Source: Carcharhinus amblyrhynchos | Lineage: Eukaryota | Direction: 5' to 3' | DNA length: 64,000 bases | Assembly: GCA_965287045.1 (NCBI GenBank) | Contig: OZ336877.1 | Location: 48,298,001-48,362,000 of the forward strand | Part shown: piece after piece, positions 50,175 through 63,221 of the stretch | Position numbering within the stretch: the stretch's first letter is position 1 | Layout of the letters: the number at the start of each line of letters is the position of its first letter | Translations under genes and position numbers: made by a program | The notes under the pieces: model-generated | The model's database searches: none | Seen by the model: the letters and a program-made list of their open reading frames with translations, nothing else | What the model was told of the DNA's origin: nothing

Positions 50175-50480
50175 TCCTGGGAAGTTCCTGGTTTTCCTTA
50201 TGGCTTCAATCCATGACTTCAGTTGGGATAATGCTGGGAAAACTACAGTTGCCCTTTGAGAGGGGGGAAAAATCAACTGTGATTCCTACTCCTGATCATT
50301 GTGCTGTGACGTTACATATGTTTACGTGTTGAGTGTGCAGAACAGTGATAGCCAAAGGTAACCTGCTATCAAAATGAGGCCAGCTGTGGTGTCCATTCTC
50401 ACATATGAAGAACAGCTACTTGGCTGACTATCAATGGAATTCTTGGGGAATAGCTGTATCGGGAAGAGAATCAACAGCTG
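50175..50480 (+). repeat. Old interspersed SINE-like repeat, related to 53635-54030
   Basis: Shared motifs ggggaaaa(a)tca...ttcc...tcctgatcatt between the two copies. Confidence 0.4.
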
Positions 50481-51297
50481 GCACACCCATAATATTGATA
50501 GTGCTGTGAAACAAATATGCAGAGATCATATTAGCTTGGGAGATCTCAAAAATAGTTTTGTCAATTTCAATACTATTTTTATACAAGAAAAGTTCAGTAA
50601 TTATCCACTAACTGTGGCCAATCTCATAATTTAAAAATGGTCAGTATAGTGAGTAGAACTGTAAGTAAATTTAAAACAAAAGAGAAGGATTTGTAGATGG
50701 GAGAGGTGACCTATCAGACAAAAGTTCATATGGAGAAATTGGAAGTGACAGCGATGGGGAACAAAGAGAAGATATGTACACTAAATTTTTAACAAGTAGT
50801 AGTGTTACCTAAGGGTACAGACAGGTAAGTGTTTAAAAGTAAGGGTGAGGGAACACAGTGTCCATTGTTCTCTGTACTCTTTTGATGAATAGGTCAGGCC
50901 CACAATCTTGAGAGCGATATGCTACTTGTATTGAATGATGGATATTATTTCTTAAAAGAATTATTAGACTGTAAGGTATTGCATCTACAGCTCAAATGAC
51001 TAATTAACCTAATATCATAAGGCTATGTGGAGAAAATTGACTAAATACTGTTAAATTATTCACATTTACTATAGGAATGATAAAAGGCAAACAGTGATAA
51101 GTAACCCAAGAGTGTTTATCATTTACTTATTAGGATTCTCATTTATCATTTTTAAAATTGATATTTTCAAACAAAAATCTTTGTCATTTTGTACTGGAAA
51201 AGTAATCCTTGGAGAGTTTTTCATTAGTTCAAGAACTGAGAAATTTAAATTGCTTTTCTTTTGTTTGACATTTGACTAATGGTTTGATTCCATGCAG

Positions 51298-51373
51298 GTG
51301 GTTTATGGCAGTTTGCATTCAATGTAAAGTTTTACCCTCCGGACCCTGCCCAGCTCTCTGAGGACATCACCAG
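51298..51373 (+). CDS. EPB41L3: EPB41L3 coding exon, FERM ((S)GLWQFAFNVKFYPPDPAQLSEDITR)
   Basis: ccatgcag|GTGGT acceptor and ACCAG|gtgaga donor; 76 nt, phase 1/2, completing the AGT codon split from the 43-nt exon; VKFYPPDP..L.EDITR motif. I did not find the next exon (YYLCLQLR...) in the window. Confidence 0.95.
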
Positions 51374-51994
51374 GTGAGAGAAAGAATGTTCCTTTTAGCA
51401 CTTAGAGTTGAGATTTGTGCAGTCAAAATTTGTTGTTCTGTAAATGCTTTCCCAAGATTTCCCCATACAAAAGAATACAGGATTGTATGGTATATTCTTA
51501 CCATTGTAAGAGTACGATTAAAATTAACGGTGTTCACCGAAGTAAATTGGTTTTGCAGAAACCATTCAACGCATTATTGTTGGAGTAGCTTTTTTTTAAT
51601 TTGGAAGTAACCTATTCATGTGCTATCAGATGGTAATTTTAAAAATCGTAATTGCTAATCTTGCTTCCCTAATCCTTGAGAGTGGGCAATAACTGAACAA
51701 CCAATTGCTTTTGTATGGTACATGTTGCACACGAGTGTCTCATGGGGGACGAGGAGAATTGAAAGCACAAGGAGGAATGATAAACCCAATAACATGGTTG
51801 AAGAAGTGTGTTTTAAAATTTGGAGCAAGAGATAACAAAAGAAAACAGTATTAGAAAAGAACTTGAGAGAGCAGGATGTCATGGTTGTAGGACTTTGTAA
51901 AATATGCAGCGTACCTGAACTGATTAAGTCACAGTATTAGCAATAATCTGCCTTGCTAAAGTTTAATTATGTAACTCTGGGAATGAGGCAACCC

Positions 51995-52742
51995 ATATCT
52001 GCATGTCTAAAGATCTGATGTTTGAGCTTGGGCTAATAAATTGTGGGTTACTTTCATACCACACAAGTTCCAGACCATATCCAACAAGAGTATCTGAGCA
52101 TCTCCCCATGATACTCAATGGCATTACCGTCAAAATATCGCTCACCAGCGACATCCATTGACCAGAAGCTTAACTGGTCCAGCCACATAAATACTGTAGC
52201 TACAAGAATGGACCAGAGGCTGAGTGTAAGATAAGAGGCTTCCCTGCCAACTCCTCGGATTTCCCACACTTATAAGGCACAAGTCAAGAATGTGATACAA
52301 TATTTTCAATAATATGGGTAAATACAACTCAACCAACACTTAAAAGGTGGACACCACTGGTACCTCATCTGTCCCTTAATCATTTATTCCTTCCACTACC
52401 CACGTGCAGCGACTGCACTATGTACCTCTAATAAGATACACATGAGCAACTTGCCATGGCTTCCTAAATGGCACCTCCCAAATCTGTGACCTCAGCCTAG
52501 ATAGATGAGGGCAGCAGATGCATGGGGATTCCGTGACCTGCAAGTTCCCCTCCAAGTCACAAACCAGCCTGACTTAAAAACATATTGCATTCCTTCGTCA
52601 TCACTGCGTCAAAATCCTGGAACTCTCAACCTTCACCCACAGACTGCACAAGTTGAGAAAGTGGCTCATCACCAACTCAATGAGATGGACAATAAATTAT
52701 GATCTTGCCTTTGGTCCACATCTCATGAATAAATTTTAAAAG
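51995..52742 (+). mobile_element. Decayed LINE, same family as 28480-29670
   Basis: accattgaccagaagcttaactggtccagccacataaatactgtagctacaaga, caagttcccctccaagtcac, tcaaaatcctggaactc. Confidence 0.75.
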
Positions 52743-53634
52743 AATGATTGCAAATGGAGACGAGTACCTGCCACTCTGACCTGACCCCACGTTCTAGGAA
52801 TTGAGAGAGTGAACCATGCATAGTTTGGATCAAAAGTCCACAGTTATCTGGCTCCTCCACTCTTGTTACCTAACCAAGTGCTTCCAGTATGTTTTGTTTA
52901 TGTTCAATCTGCTAATATTTCTGAATTTTATTTTTAAGTTTGTTCCCTTAAAATATTAAGTTATAACACTATTTATTGGCCAGAACCCCCTGGACATTTG
53001 TTAATGTTTGATGAGATGCCAGAGAATGTTTTAATTTTTGCATGGGTTCTTGCAGTGGAAATGATCATAACTGTTTTGTGCTATTTGCAGCCATCAGGGC
53101 ATCTTGTCATTTCACTGCATTGCAGTTGTATTCCACACACTTCTCAGTGAATACAAATTATTCATTCTGTGCCACTATCTTCCACTGCTGAAGCTTAGAA
53201 ATTGTGCTGACACAAGCAGTTTGGGGGGAAAAAGTAACTGAAAGAGTATGCATTATTTTCTAAGAGCGTGGGGGCAAAGAAATTAGAAGATGCCATGTTT
53301 AAGCTCATTATATTAAAAAAAAATTGGTCCAAAGTAAGTGGTCAGGGATTTGTACCTTTGTGTTTGCCAACTGCAATTTTCTGACCCTTCACCATAATGG
53401 GCACTTAATCATAACTTGTGAGCTTGGAAAAGAAAACTACTCAGTGGGAGAACTGTGGTGTGATTTCTGGACCAAAATTTAAAATTGGTTGGATTTTTAG
53501 AATTCTGTTGAATTTATTTTGTAACTGTTTTGCTCCCAAGGACTGGACAAATTTCATATTAAACATTACACTTTTCTCTTTATCCATAAAACTATATTTC
53601 TCTAGTTCTACTTCAGAATGCTGATTATGAGAAA

Positions 53635-54030
53635 AAGTTAGCTCAATGGATAATCTATAAAAATACACTGCTTGGCTTCCCCCCACTCTATCCAGTGATT
53701 AACTGAACCATAGATGCTGGAGACTCTGGGATAAATCCCAGGCCAATGCTGAATTAGCTGTCGCAGCCGATCAGTCGCAGTGTTCCTGCAATCAATCTCA
53801 GTTTTCTTCAACTATAAGATGGGGAAAATCAGGCAGTTTTTATCCCTCCGATGATTATCCAAGTGATCCCCCTACAAGGTGCATGCTGCATTGGTCAAGT
53901 TGGGACAAGATCTACTCCAATTGTGAGCCATCTGCAGCTAAGAAAACTTGTAGGAGGGAAGAAAGGTTATTGAGCGGAGCGCCGAGTCTGGGTCAGAAAA
54001 CAGTCCCAGATTAATTTAGTGCCCATAAAC
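53635..54030 (+). repeat. Old interspersed SINE-like repeat
   Basis: tagctcaatgg A-box-like start, tgctgaattagctg, ggggaaaatcaggcag...ctccgatgattatcc; related to 50175-50480. Confidence 0.4.
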
Positions 54031-54504
54031 TCTTGTGCAGCAGAGCAGTTCAAGATGGATTCCTGTTTATTAATATTGTTTCAAACTAAATGTTTCTGTG
54101 CATTTCTTAAGGCATTTTCTGTTGGTAGGGCCCAGCAAATGGTATTCTTAAGTTAACAATGATACTTTCCAGTGTAAAACCTGATGTGCTATGGAGACCC
54201 AACAGTATCAGATACCAACATTTCTGAGAGTCCCACCAACTGGCATCACTCTGCATTTTATATTCTTTTTAATTAGCAAGGCGTTATCAAACATACGAAT
54301 CACAGCATAGTTGGAGGTCTCTGAACTCCTCTCCTGAAACCCCACATATTGGCTGAAATCGAGAAACACGTGTTTTTGAAGGTACTGTGCTTTGTGGAAT
54401 ATTTAACAAGAAGATCAGCTCTCAGTTTAAGTAGATGTTAAGATTTATAGATTTATAAGGCTTTATTTATAGAGATTTCCCAATGTCATGACCAACGATT
54501 TGAA

Positions 54505-54815
54505 AACGTATTTGTTTGCAGGATGTGGGCATTGCTAGCTAGACCAGCATTTATTGCCCATCCTTAATTGCCCTTGGGAAGGTGTTGGTGAGCAGCCTTC
54601 TTGAGGCACTGCAGTTCATTTAGTAGGTACATCCAAAGTGCTGTTAGCAAGGGAGTTCCAGAACTTTGACCCAGTGAAAATGAAGGAACGGTGATTTAGT
54701 TTTCACATCAGGATGGTATGAGGTTTGAAAGAAAATTTGCAGATAGTGGTGTTCCCATGCATTTGCCCTTGTCCTTCCGTGGGCTAGGGGTATAGGTTTG
54801 GAAGATGCTATCAAA
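54505..54815 (-). mobile_element. 3' end of the second LINE family
   Basis: ggatgtgggcattgctagctagaccagcatttattgcccatccttaattgcccttgggaaggtgttggtgagcagccttcttga. Confidence 0.8.
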
Positions 54816-55594
54816 CAACAGCAGGAAAATAGAAAGAAGAATCAATATTCAAGTTGCTGTTTGTGCGCCTTTTCAAAACATAAAATGGCTTCTGCAGTTC
54901 CCCACAAAATTGGAGGAAAAGTCTTTCTGGCTAGTAAGACACATCAGGCACGGACCTTAATTTCTTTACATGGTGCACCCAATTATACTGAAGTGTGCAA
55001 ATGTGTGAAGCATTTTGGCTGCGTCTGAGAGACTTATTTGGCCACCATTTAAATGCAGAATCATCTTTTTCTTGTTAGATTTTAGAACGCCTTGGAGTAG
55101 AAATTTGCAGTTTACACCTAGTCAGTAGACAGCTGACAGAAGTTCTCTGTATTAAAAGTCTCGAAGAACACTGAGCACTCAAAATTTAGAATTGCTATAT
55201 AGAGATACTTAATTCACTGCTTAAAAAAAATTGTACTCAAAAGTGTCAAAATCTGTTGTTTATCCACACAAATTGACTCTGCATACATACATAGCTGCTA
55301 AAATTACTCAGAAGAGGGATGCTATCGATATTTAAGTTTGGCTGAGTCTTTTAGTCCAAATCGCCTGTGACTGACGTGCTTCGCGGAAATGGAAAGCAAA
55401 TACAGAAGGAGAAGAGAAAGAGTGTGATAATTTGAGCTTAGGAGTAAAGGTGCTGTATCCTTTGTCAATTTTGCTTGTTCCCAGAAACATGCATCTTAAT
55501 TCCATTTGAAAACAATTGAGAGGGGAAAAGCTATGCAGAAATATGAATCATCATATAACTAAAATGTACAGTAGGTAAGACTGGTATCTTTACC

Positions 55595-55697
55595 CAAAAC
55601 CAAAACACTGCACATACTGAAAGTCTGAAATAAAAATAGGAAATGCTGGAAATACTCAGTTGGACAGCATCCATGGAGAGTGGAAAACAAAGTTAAT
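55595..55697. mobile_element. Old Penelope-type pLTR remnant
   Basis: aaaacactgcacatactgaaagtctgaaataaaaataggaaatgctggaaatactcag..ggacagcatccatggagag...agttaat. Confidence 0.45.
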
Positions 55698-55708
55698 GGG
55701 CTGGATTT

Positions 55709-57834
55709 GTGTTGGAGCCGATGAGGGAGCGAGCTATCTTGGATCTGGTGTTATGTAATGAGGCGGGTAGAATTAGGGACCTTGTGGTGAAGGATCCTCT
55801 TGGGAAGAGTGATCATTGTATGGTGGAGTTTCTGATGCAGATGGAGGAGGAGAAAGTGGGTTCCCGGACCTGTGTCCTTTGTTTGAACAGAGGGGAGTAC
55901 GGTAGGATGAGAGAGGAATTGGCGAATGTTGATTGGGGGAGCGCGTTGGAAGGTAGGTCTGCTGAGGAGCAGTGGAGGATCTTTAAGGAGATCTTTCTTG
56001 GTGCTCCGCAGAAATTTATTCTGATGGTTAAAAAGGATCGTAGGAGGAGAGATAGTCAGCCGTGGATAACGAAGGAGGTAAAGGAAAGTGTTAAATTAAA
56101 AGCAGATGCGTTTAGAGTAGCTAAGAGTAGTGGGCGAGAAGGGGATTGGGAGAGGTTTAAATATCAACAAAGAATGACAAAGAAGTTGATAAAGAAGGGT
56201 AGGATAAACTATGAAGCTGGGCCAGCGCTTAATATAAAAAAGGATAGCAAGAGTTTTTATAAATATATAAAACAGAAGAGGCTGACTAGGGTGAACGTTG
56301 GACCCTTAGAGGATGAGAGGGGGGACTTAGTGGTAGGGGATGGGGAAATGGCTGAGGTCTTGAATAACTTTTTTGTTTCGGTCTTCATGGAGGAGGACGT
56401 GAATAATTTGCTGGGTGTTAGCGATGGAAAGGTGGTAGGACTGGAGGGCCTGAATGACATTACTGTCACTAGAGAGGCAGTGCTCAAAAGACTGGAGGGA
56501 CTGATTGTGGACAAGTCCCCAGGACCGGATGGAATGCATCCGAGGGTTCTGAAAGAAATGGCGGAGGTGATAGTGGATGCCTTGGTGATTATTTTCCAAA
56601 CGTCGCTGGATTCCAGGGAAGTGCCGGGAGATTGGAAAACGGCTAATGTTACGCCGTTGTTGAAGAAGGGTGGCAGGCAAAAGGCAGGGAATTGTAGGCC
56701 GGTTAGTTTAACGTCTGTTGTAGGTAAAATGTTAGAATCCTTGATTAAGGAGAAAATAGCGAGGCATCTTGAGAATTGTTTGATAGAGCAGACGCAGCAC
56801 GGTTTCATTAAGGGGAGGTCGTGTCTGACAAATTTATTGGAGCTCTATGAGGATGTGTCTAGGGCAGTGGATAGAGGAGAGCCGGTGGATGTGGTGTTTC
56901 TTGATCTTCAGAAGGCGTTTGACAAGGTGCTGCACAAGAGGGTATTACAGAAGGTCAGGGGGCATGGAGTTGGGGGTAGGGTGTTAGCGCGGATAGGAGA
57001 TTGGCTGTCATAGGAGGCAGAGAGTGGGGGTCAATGGGTGCTATTTGGATTGGCGGTTGGTGACTAGTGGAGTGCCCCAGGGGTTGGTGCTGGGGCCTCA
57101 GCTATTTACCATTTATATAGATGATCTGGAGGAGGGAACCGAGTGTATGGTGTCGAAATTTGCTGATGACACCAAGATTGGTGGAACGGCAAATTGTGCG
57201 GAGGGCGTGGAAAGTCTGCAGAGGGATCTAGATAGGCTGGGTGAATGGGCCAGGAACTGGCAAATGGAATTTAATGTTGGCAAGTGCGAGGTGGTCCACT
57301 TTGGTAGGAATGATGGTAGGAAGGACTATTACTTACATGGCGAAAAACTGCAGCAGGCGACGGTGCAGAGGGACCTTGGAGTCCTTATGCATGAATCGCA
57401 AAAACCCAGCCTGCGGGTGCAGCAGGTGGTCAGGAAGGCGAATGGGATGCTGGCCTTCATAGCAAGGGGGATTGAATATAAAAGTAAGGAGGTCTTGCTG
57501 CAACTGTACAGGGCACTGGTGAGGCCGCAGCTGGAGTACTGTATGCAGTTTTGGTCGCTGCACTTATGCAAGGATATTTTGGCCTTGGAGGGGGTGCAGA
57601 GGAGGTTTACTAGGCTGATACCGGAGTTGAGGGGTTGAAATAGGAGGAGAGGCTGAATAAACTAGGCTTGTACTCGTTAGAGTTTAGAAGAATGAGGGGA
57701 GATCTCATTGAGACATATAAGATGATGAATGGGATGGATAGGATAGAGGTAGAGAGGCTCTTCCCGCTCAAAGTACAGTAGGACTAGAGGGCACAGCCTC
57801 AAGATAAAGGGGGGTGCGGTTTAGAACAGAGTTG
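55709..57834 (+). mobile_element. Young CR1 copy A (same subfamily as 33751-36720), truncated at both ends
   Basis: ORFs 55709-57013 (434 aa) and 57024-57638, highly similar to the minus-strand element. Confidence 0.95.
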
Positions 57835-59447
57835 CTCGACAGACTGGAGGGGCTGATTGTGGACAAGTCCCCAGGACCGGATGGAATGCATCCGAGGGTT
57901 CTGAAAGAAATGGCGGAGGTGATAGTGGATGCCTTGGTGGTTATTTTCCAGATGTCGTTGGATTCCGGGGAAGTGCCGGATGATTGGAAAACGGCTAATG
58001 TTACGCCGTTGTTTAAGAAGGGTGCCAGGCAAAAGGCGGGGAATTATAGGCCGGTTAGTTTAACGTCTGTTGTAGGTAAAATGTTAGAATCTGTCATTAA
58101 GGAGGAAATTGCGAGGCATCTTGAAGGGAATTGCTTGATAGAGCAGACGCAGCACGGTTTCATGAAAGGGATGTCGTGTCTGACAAATTTACTGGAGTTC
58201 TATGAGGATGTGTCTAGGGCGGTGGATAGAGGAGAGCCGGTGGATGTGGTCTTTCTAGATTTTCAGAAGGCGTTTGACAAAGTACCTCACAAGAGGTTAT
58301 TGCAGAAGGTCGAGGGACATGGAGTTGGGGGTAGGGTGTTAGCGTGGATAGAGGATTGGTTGTCAAATAGGAGGCAGAGAGTGGGGGTCAACGGGTGCTA
58401 TTCGGATTGGCGGATGGTGACTAGTGGAGTGCCCCAGGGGTCGGTGCTGGGGCCTCAGCTTTTTACCATTTATATAGATGATCTGGAGGAGGGAACCGAG
58501 TGTAGGGTGTCGAAATTTGCTGATGACACCAAGATTGGGGGAACAGCAAATTGTGCGGAGGGTGTGGAGAGTCTGCAGAAGGATCTAGATAGGCTGGGTG
58601 AATGGGCCAGGAAATGGCAAATGGAATTTAATGTTGGCAAGTGTGAGGTGGTCCACTTTGGTAGGAAGAATGGTAGGAAGGACTATTACTTACGGGGCGA
58701 AAAACTGCAGCAGGCGACGGTGCAGAGGGACCTCGGGGTCCTTGTGCATGAGTCGCAAAAACCCAGCTTGCAGGTGCAGCAGGTGGTCAGGAAGGCGAAT
58801 GGGATGCTGGCCTTCATAGCGAGGGGGATTGAATATAAAAGTAGGGAGGTCTTGCTGCAGCTGTATAGGGCATTGGTGAGGCCGCAGCTGGAGTACTGTG
58901 TGCAGTTTTGAGCGCCGCACCTGCGCAAAGATATTTTGGCCTTGGAGGGAGTGCAGAGGAGGTTTACTAGGCTGATACCGGAGTTGAGGGGATTGAGCTA
59001 TGAGGAGAGGCTGAATAAACTGGGCTTGTACTTGTTAGAGTTTAGAAGAATGAGGGGAGATCTCATTGAGACGTATAAGATGATGAATGGGATGGATAGG
59101 ATAGAGGTGGAAAGACTCTTCCCGCTCAAAAAAGACAGTAGGACTAGGGGGCACAGCCTCAAGATAAAAGGGGGGCGGTTTAGAACGGAGTTGAGGAGGA
59201 ACTTCTTCACTCAAAGGGTGGTGAATCTCTGGAATTCTCTGCCCGTTGAAGTGGTGGAGGCTGCCTCGCTAAATATTTTTAAGACGCGGGTTGATAGGTT
59301 TTTGATAAGCGAGGGGATTAAGGGTTATGGGGAGAGGGCGGGAATGTGGAACTGAGACACAACAGATCAGCCATGATCTTATTGAATGGCGGGGCAGGCT
59401 CGAAGGGCTAGATGGCCTACTCCTGCTCCTATTTCTTATGTTCTTAC
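57835..59447 (+). mobile_element. Young CR1 copy B fused directly to copy A, with intact 3' tail
   Basis: ORFs 57814-58911 and 58936-59355 restart at LDRLEGLIVDKSPGPDG; tail cctgctcctatttcttatgttctta. Confidence 0.95.
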
Positions 59448-59806
59448 TTTGCACCATCACTGGGACCAAATGGGGATCGTAGGCCCACATTGCCAGCAGC
59501 ATGTCCACCCAAGGCCTGGGAGGGTGTGGGGGCAGATGGGGAGGGGGGTGATCTACAAAAGGAAAATTTCCTCCGCGCACAGAGACAAATCAGATGTTTT
59601 GAACAAACATAAACCCTGGTTCTGGTTCAGGTAGGTTCAGAGGTGCTGTTCAAATGTCATGTGGCAGTCAATCAACTGGTTTTAGGCAGCACCCCACCAC
59701 CTGCAGGGCAAAAGAGGGAAACTGCTCCCTGCATGCATGTGCACTGACTGATGTCAACTCGTTCTTAAGTACCATCTCCGAAGCTCAGCCCCAACAGAGT
59801 AGATTT

Positions 59807-59851
59807 GGGGGCGGGGGGGGGGGTGGGGTGTTGGTGGTGGTGGTGGTGGTG
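59807..59851. repeat. Poly-G / (GGT)n low-complexity tract
   Basis: gggggcgggggggggggtggggtgttggtggtggtggtggtggtg. Confidence 0.85.
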
Positions 59852-61821
59852 CGTTCATGAGCAAACCAGTTCCAATGACAATAGTAAAACCACAGGAAGT
59901 GCGTTTGGTGTGGCAGTCGGGGTGAGCAGGGCGATAACGCCACTGTGCTGAGGCCTGTGTGTGAGAGCAGGGCGGGATGCAGAGGGGTCTGACTGTCTGA
60001 GGAAGATTGGGTGAAGGAGTTGCACACGCCTGGTTGTGTGGGGGTAGGGGGCTGCTGCTGCTGACTGAGGGGGAAAGTGTGAATAACATGCATGATTGTG
60101 TGGGAAAGTAAGAGGTAAACCAGTGGCCTGGAAACAGGAGAAAGTCAATTGCCTTTGAATTCTTTCCCAGATCCTGTGTCCACTGGTGCCATGTCCCAGA
60201 AGGCAATCTTCTAACTGGCCACCGCCACCTCCTTTGCTGGCTTATTAAGAGCAGCGGGCAGACTTGTGGTGATGCTGGCCCAATCAGAGGGTAGTTTTGG
60301 AGCTTCAGTACCCACACCATAAGGTTGCCTCAAAGTGGAAATGCCCTTGGAGATGTTGGTTTAAAAAAAAAGTAGTCCTGAGGATCGGAGAAGATGGGCC
60401 CCTTCAGAGTGGAGAGAAAACTCTCTGGATAAATTGTTTGGGCTACAGTTGCAATCTTTTCTGACCACAGCCCCAACATTGAGGCATGGTGCCCCAGTGA
60501 CATTCCAGCCTGTTGCAGGAGGCCACTTCCATTGAGGTGGCAGCCTGCACAGTGACAAAACGTCAGGAAAGCCACAAAATCTTGTGTCCTCAATCATCAT
60601 TGTCTATCTCCTTGATGCAGGCAGCCGATCCAGTCAATTTCCTGATATCAGTCTCTTGCCCTACGCAATTAGTTGAAGTATTGCTTTAGATGAATGTTTC
60701 TGTGCCATGTATTCCTTGTCTTGCCAGTGTTCAAACCTCAGTACAAGGTTTGTTTCCCACTGATGGGAGGAAAGAGGGCTAATAATGAGACTTGTTGACA
60801 CTTGATTGTAAACGCTAGTAAGCTTTTGTGGTAACTAGTAAGTGTTTTCACAGTCAGAGAATAATTGTATAAATGTATTTGCAAAAGAAAATATGTCACC
60901 TAGCTTGGAAATCAATTATGTTTGGAATAGTTCTAAATAACAAACATTTGTATGCTGCAACTTTTCATTTTATCAAATGTTTATCCCTTGAGATTCATAA
61001 CAAAGCCCTTCAGCTATGACTTCATCCAGGCATCAAGATGGAACTTAAATAAAGTTGTCTTTAACACACAAGTGCAATTGGTACTCAATATTTCAAGAAT
61101 TATTAGGCAGCAAATTGGAAGTAAGGAAAAAAACTAATATTATATCTTTGTCCCCCATTTTTAATCTCTGCTACCCCAAAGGCCAATCAGTACGTAAGGC
61201 CAGTTGGCAGCCAGTAACCCTGGTTGCAGGGAAATTAGTTTTCCACAGTTGGGAACGGCTGACCAGTCAGTAATGATTGACTGGGAACAATCAACACTGG
61301 TCAGCTTTTCATGGCTGAAAAAAACATTGTCACCAGTTGTGCTGAGCTCAACTTCGTAAAGGGAACTATGTAGCACACCCATCTCTAACGCGTAGAGACC
61401 CTAAGCATCAGTGTGTAATTGTGGAAAAATTAATGAAGGAACTGAAAAAAGATGATTAAGTTTCAAAATGTTATTGGCAACAGAATCAAATTAAACATTA
61501 CATAAATCACATAAATAAACATTTTCCAAAGTTGACATATATAATCCAATTCATCTCCAGGAATCATCATTTTGTGGTTAGGTCTTATGTTTTACCTGAG
61601 ATATATTTATTCGTCACCTTAACTACTTTTGTCATATCTGGCACACTTGGCCCCGGGGTGCAGAGGTAGCCAATGTAGTACACTGGTGAGCAAAAAGGAG
61701 AAAAGGACTAAGCAAAGATTTTTTTTAAGCCTTTAGTCACAGCCCATAATCCAATAACAGGTAAGTGAGAGATTTAAGAACAAAGTAGACAGGAGATGCA
61801 ATAAAGAAGTGACAGCTATCT

Positions 61822-62187
61822 CATTTATTATTGTCACATGTATTAGTATACATTGAAAAGTATTGTTTCTTGCATGCCAAACAGACAAAGCATACTGTAC
61901 ATAAGGAAGAAAAGGAGAGACTGGAGAATGTAGCGTTACAGTCATGGCTAGGGCATAGAGGTGGATCAATTTAATGTGAGATAGGCCCGTTCAAAAGTCT
62001 AATGGCAGTAGGAAAGAAGTTGTTTTTGAGTCAGCTGGGACATGATCTCAGACTTTTGTATCTTTTTCCCGATGGGAAGAAGGTGGAAGAGAGCATTCCA
62101 GAGTGCTTGGATCTTTGATTATGCTGGTTGCTTTTCTGAGGCAGTGGTAAGTGTGGACAGTGTCAAAGGATGGGAGGCTGATTTGAG
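61822..62187 (-). mobile_element. Rex1/Babar-like LINE 3' end
   Basis: Colinear with 16517-16920 (atttattattgtcaca...gaaaagtattgtttcttgc...ctcagacttttgtatctttttcc...ggatgggaggctg). Confidence 0.85.
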
Positions 62188-63221
62188 TTATAATAAGATG
62201 TACACTGAGTGGATGAGGTGTTCAATTTATAACAGGATGTACAAGTGGATATCTTTCACAGCAGCCAATATTACTGGTGAAAGTACAGACTTTGTAAAAT
62301 CCCCATTATTCACAAAAGGTGAGCATGCTCCCTTGCACACTGACCTCTCCCAAAGCACCTTAGGGGCCCAGATGCCAACAGCTGTTTGGAAGCATCAGGT
62401 GGTGACTGTTATTTGATGCTATTGGGGCTCCGCTGTTTCTGCCACTCTAACTCTAATGATGAAAAACCAGTATTGCCATTCTGCGAGGCCATTGGGCCAA
62501 TCCATTGGGTTCCCATTCAATGCTGCTTTAGTCACATTAGAGAATGTAAGTAATTAACAAATAATTAGTTACTATATTCAAGGAGTGCAATAATTTTCAA
62601 TTTGTCGCTTTACATTCTGAGCTTCCAGTAGCTTCGCCCTTTGTCACAATGCTTCCTTCTCTTCCTCCAAGCTCTCAAGCGGGGACACCCTTTTCTCTAG
62701 CCTTCTGATCACGCAACCGTCTTGTGAAACTGTGATTGGTGTTGGGGTGCATAGTGGGCAAGAGCCTCAGGTGCCACCACTGACCTAACAGGACTTCCTG
62801 CCCCTTCTGCCATGCCTGTGACTGGAAAGCTTGTGTTGGTGTCAGAGCCACATGCTCCTTTTGCCCAGCTGCCATCCACTTGCTGAAGCTGGTGGTGAGC
62901 TGACTCTCTCAGGCCACCTTCATTTGAGCAGACAGTTTCTTCTCACGAGCATCTCTGGTTTTCAACCACTCTGTGTTTGAACATCATGCTGTGGAGGTTT
63001 TCATGATTTAAGAGCTTAAAACCTTGGCCTGTATGAGGGGTACTCCCACATTTTTCTAAATCCTGAACTCCTGTTTCAAAGTTCAGCGGATCAGTGATTA
63101 CTCTCGTAGGTAAATGCATCCTTTGTACCATATTTTGCTGATGTCAGGGATGCTGCAGAGATGCCATTAGCCATGTTTAGGAGTTAACTTCCCTACTTTT
63201 GTTTGCAACTCTGCAAGTTGC

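Noticed and set aside
56257-56808. Recurrent antisense ORFs (also 34276-34518, 35172-35595, 40973-41254, 58686-58928)
   Set aside because: They recur only because the CR1 copies are homologous; no independent coding evidence.
59754-60320. 188-aa Pro-rich ORF
   Set aside because: Arises from GC-rich, low-complexity sequence (poly-G/GGT), probably a decayed non-autonomous DNA element; no recognisable domain or splice context.
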